In this document: one piece after another, positions 42,870 to 51,829 of the stretch
How positions within the stretch are numbered: position 1 is the stretch's first letter
Layout of the letters: each line of letters opens with the position of its first letter
NCBI GenBank assembly: GCA_963786955.1
Contig: CAWBAT010000002.1
Span: 64,001-128,000, forward strand
Reading direction: 5' to 3'
Source of the DNA: an uncultured Acidimicrobiia bacterium
Lineage (GTDB): Bacteria; Acidobacteriota; Terriglobia; Versatilivoradales; Versatilivoraceae
DNA: 64,000 nucleotides
The notes under the pieces: generated by a model
Told to the model about the DNA's origin: nothing
Seen by the model: only the letters and a program-made list of their open reading frames with translations
Database searches by the model: none
Program-made: the position numbers and the translations under genes

Positions 42870-43286
42870 GTGGACAATATCGATCAAAAGGACGTGATAA
42901 TCAACCCACTCGGTCAACAAATGTACGAAGAGGTCCTTGGAAAACCTGTCTTTGCTGACAATCAGACGCCAGCTCTCATCGGCGTGCGCGAGTTCACTGT
43001 CAATCATCTTTTTGCCAATGTGTGGAGTCGATCCCTCAATGTGTCCGAGGATCATCCGGGGATCACTTTAAGAGAGCGTCGGCTAATCACCCTGGCGCTC
43101 TTGGCCGCACAAGGACGTAGCGACCAACTCAAAGACCATGTCCGTGGAGCTAGTCGTGCCGGAATAGCCAAAGAGGTTTTGCTTGAGTTGATGATTCATG
43201 TCGCCCACTATGCAGGCTGGCCGGCAGGTGCAAGCGGCCAAGCAATCGTCCAAAATATCTACCAAGGTGAAGAGAAATCGCGATAA
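42870..43286 (+). CDS. Carboxymuconolactone decarboxylase family protein
   Basis: LFANVWSR, RERRLITLALL and HVAHYAGWPA. AAGGAG RBS before the GTG. Confidence 0.88.
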   Translation: MDNIDQKDVIINPLGQQMYEEVLGKPVFADNQTPALIGVREFTVNHLFANVWSRSLNVSEDHPGITLRERRLITLALLAAQGRSDQLKDHVRGASRAGIAKEVLLELMIHVAHYAGWPAGASGQAIVQNIYQGEEKSR

Positions 43287-43472
43287 CTTGGCCGCCTGTC
43301 GATCTTCCCTGCTGCAATAGACATTCAACACCATTCTTTGTATGATGAGATCTTGGACACATTGCTTCTGCATGTTAAACCGTTTCATTGAAGAGGATTT
43401 TCAAATAACGTTTGAAGTCTACTAGAGTTGTGCAAGCGGTTTGCTGCATGGAATCAACGCCCTGGAGGGGAT

Positions 43473-44543
43473 ATGCAAACGGATCGAAGAACCTTTGTGC
43501 GAGTCGCTCTAGGAGCCGCCGCGGGAGGGCTCCTGTCGTATGGTTTTCACCAGGATTCGAGCCTTAAGGGGATAAAACTAGGGACATTTTTCGCGCCCAA
43601 CCCGACGGCCGATGATTTCATTTTTCTGAAAAGCGCCGGGGTCGAAACTGTTTCCATCTGGACAGGAATGCGGGATAACAACGTCGATTTCATGCTGGAG
43701 ACGCGGCGTCGTTTTGAAACGCATCAAATCCAGGTTAACAACATCGGTATCCTCGACCTGCACTGTGACCCGACGATCGTTCTGGGTCTGCCGGGTTTTG
43801 ATGAGAAGGTCGAGCAATACAAGACCTATTTGACCAATCTCGGAAAAGCCGGACTGCACTATACGACCTATGCTCATATTTCCAATATCAAGAATACATC
43901 CACTCCGGGAACCTATCAGACAGCCGTCGTTCCTACCCGTGGAGGCTCGACTACCCGGCAGTTTGACTTCGATATTGCTAAGACTTTACCCCTGACTTTT
44001 GGCAAAGTATATGAAGCGGACCAAATTTGGGCCACGTTTACCAAATTTATCCAAGCCGTCATGCCGGTCGCGGAAAAATCCGGAGTGCGTATCGGATTGC
44101 ATCCGGATGATCCACCGGTTGAAAGCCTGGGAGGCGTCGCCCGTATTTTCCGCAATTTCGAGGGCTATCAACGGGCTATTGAAATTGCGAACAGCGATCA
44201 TTTTGGATTGTGCTTCTGCGTTGGAACCTGGGCGGAAGGCGGGAAGATGACTGGTAAAGATGTGATGGAAATGATTCAATATTTCGGATCGAGAAAGAAG
44301 ATCTTTAAAGTTCACTTCCGAAATGTCAGCTCACCTTTGCCAAAGTTTGAGGAAACTTTTCTGGATAACGGCTATATGGACATGTACCAGGTCATGCGGG
44401 CCTTACGCGAGGTGAAATTCGACGGAGCCATTATTCCCGACCATGTTCCGGGTGGGGGTTATCCGCAAATCAACAATTCATTTACTCTAGGCTATATGAA
44501 AGCCCTCCGTGACCGCGTGAACGCAGAATCCAAGAGCACGTAG
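43473..44543 (+). CDS. Mannonate dehydratase-like (UxuA family) TIM-barrel protein with Tat-like signal
   Basis: TDRRTFVR signal. Motifs LHPDDPP, GLCFCVGT, VHFRNV, FEETFLDNG and IPDHVP. Confidence 0.85.
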   Translation: MQTDRRTFVRVALGAAAGGLLSYGFHQDSSLKGIKLGTFFAPNPTADDFIFLKSAGVETVSIWTGMRDNNVDFMLETRRRFETHQIQVNNIGILDLHCDPTIVLGLPGFDEKVEQYKTYLTNLGKAGLHYTTYAHISNIKNTSTPGTYQTAVVPTRGGSTTRQFDFDIAKTLPLTFGKVYEADQIWATFTKFIQAVMPVAEKSGVRIGLHPDDPPVESLGGVARIFRNFEGYQRAIEIANSDHFGLCFCVGTWAEGGKMTGKDVMEMIQYFGSRKKIFKVHFRNVSSPLPKFEETFLDNGYMDMYQVMRALREVKFDGAIIPDHVPGGGYPQINNSFTLGYMKALRDRVNAESKST

Positions 44544-44732
44544 GATATAGTTTGGGTAATAGGCTAACACTTCTCCTCCCTATTCTATCTTCCTCCCGAT
44601 TACACTACCCTTCAGATCTTGAAGTCTTCGAACAATTGCGTCAACTGAGGGAATGGTTGCTTACAAACGACTGAATTCAATTCTCAAAGATTAATAACTC
44701 CGCAAAAGCCTTATTTCTTTTGTTTTGTCTTT

Positions 44733-46439
44733 CTATTTGATTTCCTTAAGTTCCTCGACGACCAAATCATCAAAAACGCCATGGGCCCTACCGAATACGA
44801 CCATCCCCGCCAATCCATCGGCCAGCGTTTCATCATGAACACTCCCAACGAGACGGTCGTTCATGAAAAGCTGTATGAAATCGCCTTGGCAATTAACCCC
44901 GAGTTTCCGACGCATTTCTTTACTTGATTTTTCAGCTCCTCCTCGAGTCCAGGGGAGAATATCGAAAACCTGATTGGTTAGGATGTCTTTCCTCACCAAT
45001 TTGAATAAGACATCATTTGAGCCCGCCCAGTTGGAAATCAAAAGGGCATAAAAGCCCTTCTCATTGAGACGGAACACCAAGCCAGCACCCGGCAACGAGT
45101 CTATAACTTCAGTCTGGCCAGTGCCAACGAGTCCTGGGTTGTATGTCCCGATGGTTTCTATTTTCATTCCTGGCTTATGTAAAGTCGCTTTAACTTCGAC
45201 TGATATGCTGGCACGCATGTCTGACATCCACGGCCCATTGGCGGCCGCTGTTCCTGGGATCTCTATATGGTATTCTCCGTTCTGATAGAAGAACCCGTCT
45301 TTGATGGGCCAGCCGCTGGTCTTCTGAGAGAAATCATCTCTATAGACACTATGACCCTCTCTGATTTGTACGTTTGATTCGTAAGGTTTTGGTTGCGCTT
45401 GGATTTTCAGTTTCGATGCCAGTGTGGACTCGGATTGCCCGCCCGCATCGTCCCGGTCACTAAGTACATAGCCTTTCCTTGCTCTGACCTTGCTGCCGCC
45501 ATGGGCCACTTTCACCTGAATGCTGCGGTAATCATTGGAAGTTATCAGATTTGAAGAGTGGTAGGCGACGGTGTATTGTTCCTGAAGATCTTTCGCGATG
45601 GTTTCCATGACGGTTACTAAATCAGACCCTGATTTGGGGAAGAAACACTCGGCACCCGACTCCTCGGCCAGACGTTTAAAAACATACCGGGGATTATCAA
45701 TTTCCTGACCACTAATTAAAGTGATGGTCTTTCCGCTCCGAAGGAACTCTTGGTCTTCTTTCGGGTCGAAGTACCCGATCAAAAATACCTGAGCCTGTGA
45801 TACCTGCACTGCTTTAAGGACTTCATCGAGCTTTTGATTACTATGCTGGTCGGCCCCATCGGTGAGCAATACAAGTGCCTGCCGGTCAAACTTTGCCGTT
45901 CTTAGGCTATCTAGCCCCTCAATAATGGCATCATAGTGACTTGATCCTCCTCTCTCTGCCTCGGTTTCGGCAATAGCGGATTTGACACGCTCGTGATCGA
46001 GGGTTAACTCGACCAATCGAAATACCTCGTGATGAAACGTAGAGTAAGCGATTTCGTCGTTTGCTAGAGTAGAATTGACAAGCGCTAGGGCAGCAGTCCT
46101 GGCTTGTTCCATCTTGCCCCGGTCTCCCATGCTATTGCTCTTATCGAGAGCGATGCTGAGGCTAACGGGTTGCTCCTTTGCGGCGAAGAAAGTTATCGTT
46201 TGTTGCTTCCCGTCTTCGTAAACTGCAAACTCTGACTCCCCCAGCCCAGATATTGTCTTCTTCTTATGGTCCGTGACGTGAACGCCCACCGTCACCAAGT
46301 TGACGCCTACCTGAATAGACTGCGGATTTTTGTTTTCTGTGGTTTTTTCTGTTTGAAAAGAGAGTGCTAATGCGGCAGACACGATCAGCAGGAAACAAGC
46401 TACGATTTGAAGGGATCTCGATGGAAATGAAAGTTCCAT
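44733..46439 (-). CDS. Secreted VWA-domain protein (acidobacterial VWFA-related type) with C-terminal beta-sandwich (DUF1080/ConA-like) domain
   Basis: Signal peptide, YEDGKQQTI, MIDAS DKSNS, LLTDGAD, QYTVAY and VRARKGY. C-terminal DDFS..GW...FDDLVV. Confidence 0.82.
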   Translation of the reverse strand: MELSFPSRSLQIVACFLLIVSAALALSFQTEKTTENKNPQSIQVGVNLVTVGVHVTDHKKKTISGLGESEFAVYEDGKQQTITFFAAKEQPVSLSIALDKSNSMGDRGKMEQARTAALALVNSTLANDEIAYSTFHHEVFRLVELTLDHERVKSAIAETEAERGGSSHYDAIIEGLDSLRTAKFDRQALVLLTDGADQHSNQKLDEVLKAVQVSQAQVFLIGYFDPKEDQEFLRSGKTITLISGQEIDNPRYVFKRLAEESGAECFFPKSGSDLVTVMETIAKDLQEQYTVAYHSSNLITSNDYRSIQVKVAHGGSKVRARKGYVLSDRDDAGGQSESTLASKLKIQAQPKPYESNVQIREGHSVYRDDFSQKTSGWPIKDGFFYQNGEYHIEIPGTAAANGPWMSDMRASISVEVKATLHKPGMKIETIGTYNPGLVGTGQTEVIDSLPGAGLVFRLNEKGFYALLISNWAGSNDVLFKLVRKDILTNQVFDILPWTRGGAEKSSKEMRRKLGVNCQGDFIQLFMNDRLVGSVHDETLADGLAGMVVFGRAHGVFDDLVVEELKEIK

Positions 46440-46531
46440 CTTTTCAACTCCTGGCGTGAACACCCACTCGCTCTCTGCGCACCGTAGGACTTCCCAGTTA
46501 GAGTAGCACCTAATACGCTAGAGATGCGAGA

Positions 46532-46873
46532 TCACTTGGCCTTCTCGTTCTTGACGTTAGGATTGGGGGCCATCACGACCAGCAGAGTGGCATTTCCCTG
46601 CCCTCCGTTGTGAACCCCATGTTGTTCCCCTGCTGGGGCCAGTACCATTTGACCCGCTGAACAAACTTGCTTCTCATTCCCCACCTGCACCTCAACTTGC
46701 CCTTCAATGATGTAATAAATCTTGTCGGCATCTTCATGCTGATGCAGTTTCTGACTTTGTCCCGGGCAAAGGCAGTAGATATCACAGAAGAAATTTGCAG
46801 TTTCGACGAGATTGATCTTTTGCATCTTTTCAGCCAAAAAAACGCGTTGCTTCGAGACTTCCACGTTTAGCAT
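46532..46873 (-). CDS. Cupin domain protein
   Basis: PGQSQKLHQH...KIYYIIEG and APAGEQHGVHN. Confidence 0.88.
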   Translation of the reverse strand: MLNVEVSKQRVFLAEKMQKINLVETANFFCDIYCLCPGQSQKLHQHEDADKIYYIIEGQVEVQVGNEKQVCSAGQMVLAPAGEQHGVHNGGQGNATLLVVMAPNPNVKNEKAK

Positions 46874-46884
46874 ATCTATCTCTT

Positions 46885-47403
46885 TCAGAAGATTATTTTG
46901 ATCAAGACTGTCAGTACCATTCCAACCCCAATGGTCATTTTTAAAACGATCCCTGCCGTCCGGCCCAGCACAGTTCCCCATCCTGCTCGAAGCGCTTCTT
47001 TGGCCTGTCTTTTTCTAACGTATTCGTATAGAAAGACGGTCAGGAATGATCCGGCAAAGGCACCCACGAACGGGCCCAGCACTCCGATGACAAGCGCCAG
47101 CAGTGACCCCAGAAGCACACTTCCCACAATGGCCCCAACGAATGAAAGCCATACCGCTGCGCGTGACGCTCCAAATTTACGCGCGCCCAAAGCCATAAAC
47201 CAGTTATCAGCCGTTTCGGCAAACAGAGTCAAAGCGCAAAAAATAATCAGAAGTTTGATACTGACCGCCGCACTAAATCCGGTGGCGAAGGAATAGATCA
47301 CAGTGCTCAATAGAATGAAACCCACTCCAGGCAATCCAAAAGGGATCATCACCAACCCTGCGCTCATCCCACTGAGTAAAAGCAAGTATCCCAAGAATTC
47401 CAT
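46885..47403 (-). CDS. DUF456-like membrane protein
   Basis: IPFGLPG, GARKFGASR, GPFVGAF and ALRAGWGTVLGR. Start placed at the ATG at 47403. Confidence 0.85.
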   Translation of the reverse strand: MEFLGYLLLLSGMSAGLVMIPFGLPGVGFILLSTVIYSFATGFSAAVSIKLLIIFCALTLFAETADNWFMALGARKFGASRAAVWLSFVGAIVGSVLLGSLLALVIGVLGPFVGAFAGSFLTVFLYEYVRKRQAKEALRAGWGTVLGRTAGIVLKMTIGVGMVLTVLIKIIF

Positions 47404-47462
47404 TTCAATGCCTCTGTCAGACTGAAGCTGTGAGCGAATTGGTTTCGGTGTCGCTCTGCAAG

Positions 47463-47552
47463 TGTCCCCCTTGGTTAAGGGGGACTCCAGGGGGTTCGTC
47501 CAGCATGAGTTATGCCCACCCCTTTGCCTCCTCCTTAGCAAGGAGGGGAACC
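47463..47552. repeat. Intergenic palindromic repeats (CCCCCTT-N-AAGGGGG type)
   Basis: GTCCCCCTTGGTTAAGGGGGAC and CCTCCTCCTTAGCAAGGAGGGG. Confidence 0.6.
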
Positions 47553-47615
47553 AAAATTGAATTTCATCCCACCCCTGCTCGGACCGATACGGAGTGACCA
47601 GGGGGATGAGTTTCT

Positions 47616-48914
47616 CTACTTCTTTTTCAAATCCAGACACACCAGACTTTTTTCATTCCGCACATATAGCAACCCCTCTGCAATAGCAGGATAGGCGCGT
47701 ACGGAAGGAGGCAGCACCTTCGACTGTGCCACAATTCTGAATTCCTTGGCAGACGCCGGTGCGATAAGCAGTTCCCCGCCCTCTTTCATGATGAGTAGGA
47801 GATCTCCAGCTAATGTGACGGTTCCCGCTTTAAAGTCTTCAACATTCCAGCTAATCTTCCCGGATTGCCATTCCACCGAACGCAGACTTGGTCCATATTC
47901 CTGGCGTCCATGGAAACCAAAAAGATAACCGTTGGTAAAAACACTACTGGCATAATGGTTCGACAAGACCTCGTCTGACGTCCAGACTTTCTTGAAGTTG
48001 TGGTCACCCCATTGCAACAGCACAGCTCCGGTATCATAGCTAGCCGAAAGAAAGATCTGGTTTCCAACAACCAGAGGAACCGCCGCATTCACTGAGGCGT
48101 TATTTCTCGATCGCCAGGGAAACTGGCCAATGACCTTTCCTTCGGAGGGTTCTAAGACGGCTAAGCCGGCCCGTGTGAAACAGAAAAGATAGCGGACCCC
48201 AGCGATCGTAGCCGCGACAGGGGATGAATAGCTGGCTTCGTCGCTCGTTGCCTTCCAAACCACATTTCCGTTCTTGGCATCGAATGCCACAATGCCGGCT
48301 TGATCGGCCCCTCCAATATTTAGAATGACGCGATCTCCCTCGACTAAAGGAGAACAGGCCGCGCCAAAAAATCCTTTGCGAACATGGAATTTCGGGTGTG
48401 TGTCCACGCTCCAGAGCTTCTTTCCGGTCTCGAAATCCAGACAGTGTAAGACTCCTTCGGCGCCAAAGGTATAGACACGGCCCCCGGCAATCGAGGGAGT
48501 ACCCCGAGGCCCTTCGTCGAATCCAAAATCGTCCCGGTAATTTGTCGGATAAGCAAACTTCCAAATCTTTTTTCCATTGCGGGCATCCAAACATTCGATA
48601 ATTTCCTCGTTTTGGACCCGGTGGAAGAGGATAAGTCTCCCTCTGGCAACCACGGGAGAACTGAACCCTTGTCCCGTGTTGATCTTCCAAACTACCGGAG
48701 GTCCTTCTTTGGGCCACGCCGTGTTCAACGGCGCTCCGGCATAAACACCATTTCTCGACGGCCCCAAAAATTGCGGCCAGTCCTGGGCAAAAGTCATTTG
48801 TGAAAATAAAAATATGGAAGTGCCCGCCATCATCCAAGCCGCAAGTGAATGAAAAGAAACTCTTCCATTCGATTGCCTCACAGCACGAAAGAGCTGATTA
48901 ATGGAAGTCGGCAA
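47616..48914 (-). CDS. PQQ-binding-like beta-propeller repeat protein (BamB-like), secreted
   Basis: DWPQFLGPSRNG, GFSSPVV, GPRGTP, repeated LD..TGK..W and ASYSSP. The true start may lie further downstream. Confidence 0.88.
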   Translation of the reverse strand: MPTSINQLFRAVRQSNGRVSFHSLAAWMMAGTSIFLFSQMTFAQDWPQFLGPSRNGVYAGAPLNTAWPKEGPPVVWKINTGQGFSSPVVARGRLILFHRVQNEEIIECLDARNGKKIWKFAYPTNYRDDFGFDEGPRGTPSIAGGRVYTFGAEGVLHCLDFETGKKLWSVDTHPKFHVRKGFFGAACSPLVEGDRVILNIGGADQAGIVAFDAKNGNVVWKATSDEASYSSPVAATIAGVRYLFCFTRAGLAVLEPSEGKVIGQFPWRSRNNASVNAAVPLVVGNQIFLSASYDTGAVLLQWGDHNFKKVWTSDEVLSNHYASSVFTNGYLFGFHGRQEYGPSLRSVEWQSGKISWNVEDFKAGTVTLAGDLLLIMKEGGELLIAPASAKEFRIVAQSKVLPPSVRAYPAIAEGLLYVRNEKSLVCLDLKKK

Positions 48915-48918
48915 TGCT

Positions 48919-50409
48919 TTAGTTCCTCCCTCTCAAGTCATAGCACAAAAGTCTGGGTCCGGTGCCGGTCAATATGTCCCGGGAATTCTGGCAGACGTAA
49001 AGCAACCCACAGCTCAGGACTGGCAATGTCCAGGATTCTCGTGCCAGAAATAAACGGGAACGTGCCATTTCTTTGTAGCCGGCTGGAGTCAAGTTTAACC
49101 AAAGCAGGTGGCCAGATTCTCCTAAACAGAGAAAATTTCCGTCTGCCCAGAGCAGACTACCACGATAAGTACCAACCAACTGCGATCGTTCAGCCCCATT
49201 CGTTACAAAGGTTTCTTGCCATTCGGGGTTTTCGCGCCAAACCACTTTGCCCGTTTTGAGTTCAACGCAAATCAGTGAGGCGTCAGGTTCATTACGTCCG
49301 TCAAAGCCAAAAATATAACCATCCTTAACAATAGGTGTATTCCAGTGAAAGCCAAATTCACGTGTTGTCCACGCTTGATTAAATGAACCGTCCGGCAGCA
49401 GATTCAGCAGGGCGCTACCCGTCTTGTAACTGGCAGAAATGAGCACTTGGTTTTGAACGATGACGGGCGAGGAAGCATTAACCGATTCATAACTGCTGCT
49501 CCTCCAGGGAAATTCGAAATCGACTTTACCGATTTTCGGATCAATAGCCAACAAACCTCCCGTGGGGGGGCGGCTTTCTCCTCCGGCAAAGACAAATACA
49601 CGCCTCCTGCCCTGTACCATAGCAGGGACCGGAGAAGCATAGCTAGGCCCCCAATGATCTCCCGCAGCCCAAACAGTCTTGCCATCTCTTTTGTCAAGAG
49701 CAACCACACAAGGGCCTTCCGGGGCACCGACATTTACAATCAACAGATCCCCCTCAATCAACGGGGTCGATCCCATACCAAAGAACGTTTTGGGAGACTT
49801 GTACTCGCTCATCAGGTCCCGGCTCCAGATTACTTTTCCCGTGAAAATATTCAGGCAGTAAAATTTCCCTTCAGCCCCCAGGGTATAGACGCGTTCTTGA
49901 TCAATGACTGGACTCGACCGCGGTCCGTTGTTGTATCCGTAACGATCTTCATACTGGGTGGGGTAACTAAATTTCCAGTAAAGGTCTCCCGTTTCCGGAT
50001 GCAGGCACTCCACAATTTCATTGGATTCGAGTCGATGAAAGAATACTAATCGATCGCCGGATATCGCAGGCCCACTGAAACCATTGCCCTTCTTGACTTC
50101 CCAAATCAATACAGGGCCATTGGGTGGCCACACTTTCAGAAGCGGAGTTTCCACAGACACTGAATTATGTTCAGGGCCGAGAAATGATTCCCAATTGCTC
50201 GTTTTAGCGCCCGGAGATAAAGGTCTGGGCTTCCCGAAAAAATGTCCGTTCGGATGCGGGGTGGGTAAGCTTGGGCGGGCCGATGTTGAAGCCTTTGACT
50301 TTGAAGAAGCATCCTCTCGTGATCCTTTGCTTTGAATCGCCGCGAGATAAGAACTGGCGCATAGGACAGCCACTGCCAGGAAGGCGCCATTGCTTCGAAT
50401 AAATTTCAC
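48919..50409 (-). CDS. PQQ-binding-like beta-propeller repeat protein (paralog of neighbour)
   Basis: NWESFLGP, GFSGPAI, GPRSSP, SYASP and WTLPVLS. Start placed at the GTG at 50409 before the signal peptide. Confidence 0.85.
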   Translation of the reverse strand: MKFIRSNGAFLAVAVLCASSYLAAIQSKGSREDASSKSKASTSARPSLPTPHPNGHFFGKPRPLSPGAKTSNWESFLGPEHNSVSVETPLLKVWPPNGPVLIWEVKKGNGFSGPAISGDRLVFFHRLESNEIVECLHPETGDLYWKFSYPTQYEDRYGYNNGPRSSPVIDQERVYTLGAEGKFYCLNIFTGKVIWSRDLMSEYKSPKTFFGMGSTPLIEGDLLIVNVGAPEGPCVVALDKRDGKTVWAAGDHWGPSYASPVPAMVQGRRRVFVFAGGESRPPTGGLLAIDPKIGKVDFEFPWRSSSYESVNASSPVIVQNQVLISASYKTGSALLNLLPDGSFNQAWTTREFGFHWNTPIVKDGYIFGFDGRNEPDASLICVELKTGKVVWRENPEWQETFVTNGAERSQLVGTYRGSLLWADGNFLCLGESGHLLWLNLTPAGYKEMARSRLFLARESWTLPVLSCGLLYVCQNSRDILTGTGPRLLCYDLRGRN

Positions 50410-50468
50410 CGAGTCACCCCCAAAAGCACGTACCGATATACTGCGTTTCAGAAATTCAAGGACATTAA

Positions 50469-50540
50469 CGCCGGGTCGGTGACCCGGCCTACACCTTTTG
50501 TAGGCTTGGGGCTTTCTCAAAGCCCCAACCTCACGCGGCG
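50469..50540. repeat. GTAG-type REP doublet
   Basis: CGCCGGGTCGGTGACCCGGCCTACA back to back with TGTAGGCTTGGGGCTTTCTCAAAGCCCCAACCTCACGCGGCG. Confidence 0.7.
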
Positions 50541-50682
50541 CCCGTCTTAAGATACGTCACCGTAATTCTGGAAGGGAGTACTTAGTTTCTCAAAACTCTT
50601 TAAAATTAGTATCAGCAGACTGACTTTAAGCGAGTTGAAGGTGTACTCAAGATAACAACTTTTAATAGCCTGTCGGCGTCAC

Positions 50683-51531
50683 TCATTTCAACTTGAGGTG
50701 CTGCCGGAGAAACGCATCGATCGTCTTTAAGTATTCCTTTCCTCCGACCCATGACAGATCATTGTGGTTGGCACCCGCAATGGGGGACCACTCTTTAGGT
50801 TCATTAGCCGAATCAAATAACGCTTTCCCAAAGCGCATGGGGATGATGGAATCTTGATCTCCGTGGATCACAAGTACGGGGCAGTGAATTGTTTGCATTT
50901 TTGAGACCGAATCGTAACGGTCTGTCAATAGCCAGCGCGCCGGCAGAAAAGGGTATGCATTCTGAGCGACGTCACCACCTGAAGCGAAGCCTGACTGCAG
51001 GATCAGGCTTTCCGGAGGAATCCGAGTAGCAGCCTCGACGGCGACTCCGCAGCCCAAAGACTCTCCAAAATAAACGAGCTGGGTGTTTGTCTTTACTTTA
51101 AGCCAGCGGATGACGGTTTCCGCATCCATGTAGAGACCTTGTTCCGAGGGAGAGCCCTCGCTGCCCCCATAACCGCGGTAATCAAGAATGAAAGTACCGT
51201 AACCTAGACGGTGCAGATCGGCCAGCCATTCGAGCCGGTGCCCCCGGTGGCCTGCGTTACCATGAAAGATAACCAATGTTGTTGGCAAACTTCCAGGCCA
51301 GTACCAGTTGGCAAGACGGATGCCGTCCGGGGCGACTAACTCAATCGTCTCTAATCCTCGGAATTCATTGCCTGCTGGAGTTGGGACAATGGAAGAATCC
51401 GGAAAGTATTGCAGCTTGCGTTGAAAGAGATAGATCACAACCAGCAAGAGAACATAAATGACCGCAAGGAAACGGAGGATACGAAAGAAGGGATGACGAA
51501 GGAAGAAGTTCATCAAGTTGTCGAGCATCAC
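50683..51531 (-). CDS. Alpha/beta hydrolase with N-terminal TM
   Basis: FHGNAG, DYRGYGGS, nucleophile GESLG, HGDQD and GANHND. Confidence 0.92.
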   Translation of the reverse strand: MMLDNLMNFFLRHPFFRILRFLAVIYVLLLVVIYLFQRKLQYFPDSSIVPTPAGNEFRGLETIELVAPDGIRLANWYWPGSLPTTLVIFHGNAGHRGHRLEWLADLHRLGYGTFILDYRGYGGSEGSPSEQGLYMDAETVIRWLKVKTNTQLVYFGESLGCGVAVEAATRIPPESLILQSGFASGGDVAQNAYPFLPARWLLTDRYDSVSKMQTIHCPVLVIHGDQDSIIPMRFGKALFDSANEPKEWSPIAGANHNDLSWVGGKEYLKTIDAFLRQHLKLK

Positions 51532-51622
51532 AAATACTTTGAATGACCAGAATGAAATTCAAGATAACGATGATGATGTTAGATTAAACTGAAATCATCG
51601 CGCAAATGAACCCGATTGGTAT

Positions 51623-51798
51623 GTTGGAGGGCGGAGTCCGCCATCTGGCGGACGACGCCTTTTTGGTAGCGACCAGGCCTCCTGGCCTGTCGAGCCACGC
51701 TGAGGCGTGGCCAGAGATGGCTTTCAGCCCCCGGACAGGCATGGATGCCTGTCCCTACAAGTTCGAGAAGCCGGTCTCGCGGGAGCTTGACCCTCCAA
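51623..51798. repeat. Composite REP-like cluster
   Basis: Outer TTGGAGGG/CCCTCCAA, with GTCCGCCATCTGGCGGAC, GTAGCGACCAGGCCTCCTGGCCTGTC and GGACAGGCATGGATGCCTGTCCCTACA inside. Confidence 0.65.
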
Positions 51799-51829
51799 TT
51801 TCGTCATATGCCATCACAGCCGCGTCGGG

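Noticed and set aside
47404-47640. N-terminal extension of the DUF456-like ORF
   Set aside because: It runs through intergenic palindromic repeats and overlaps the upstream gene. Family-like sequence starts at Met 47403.
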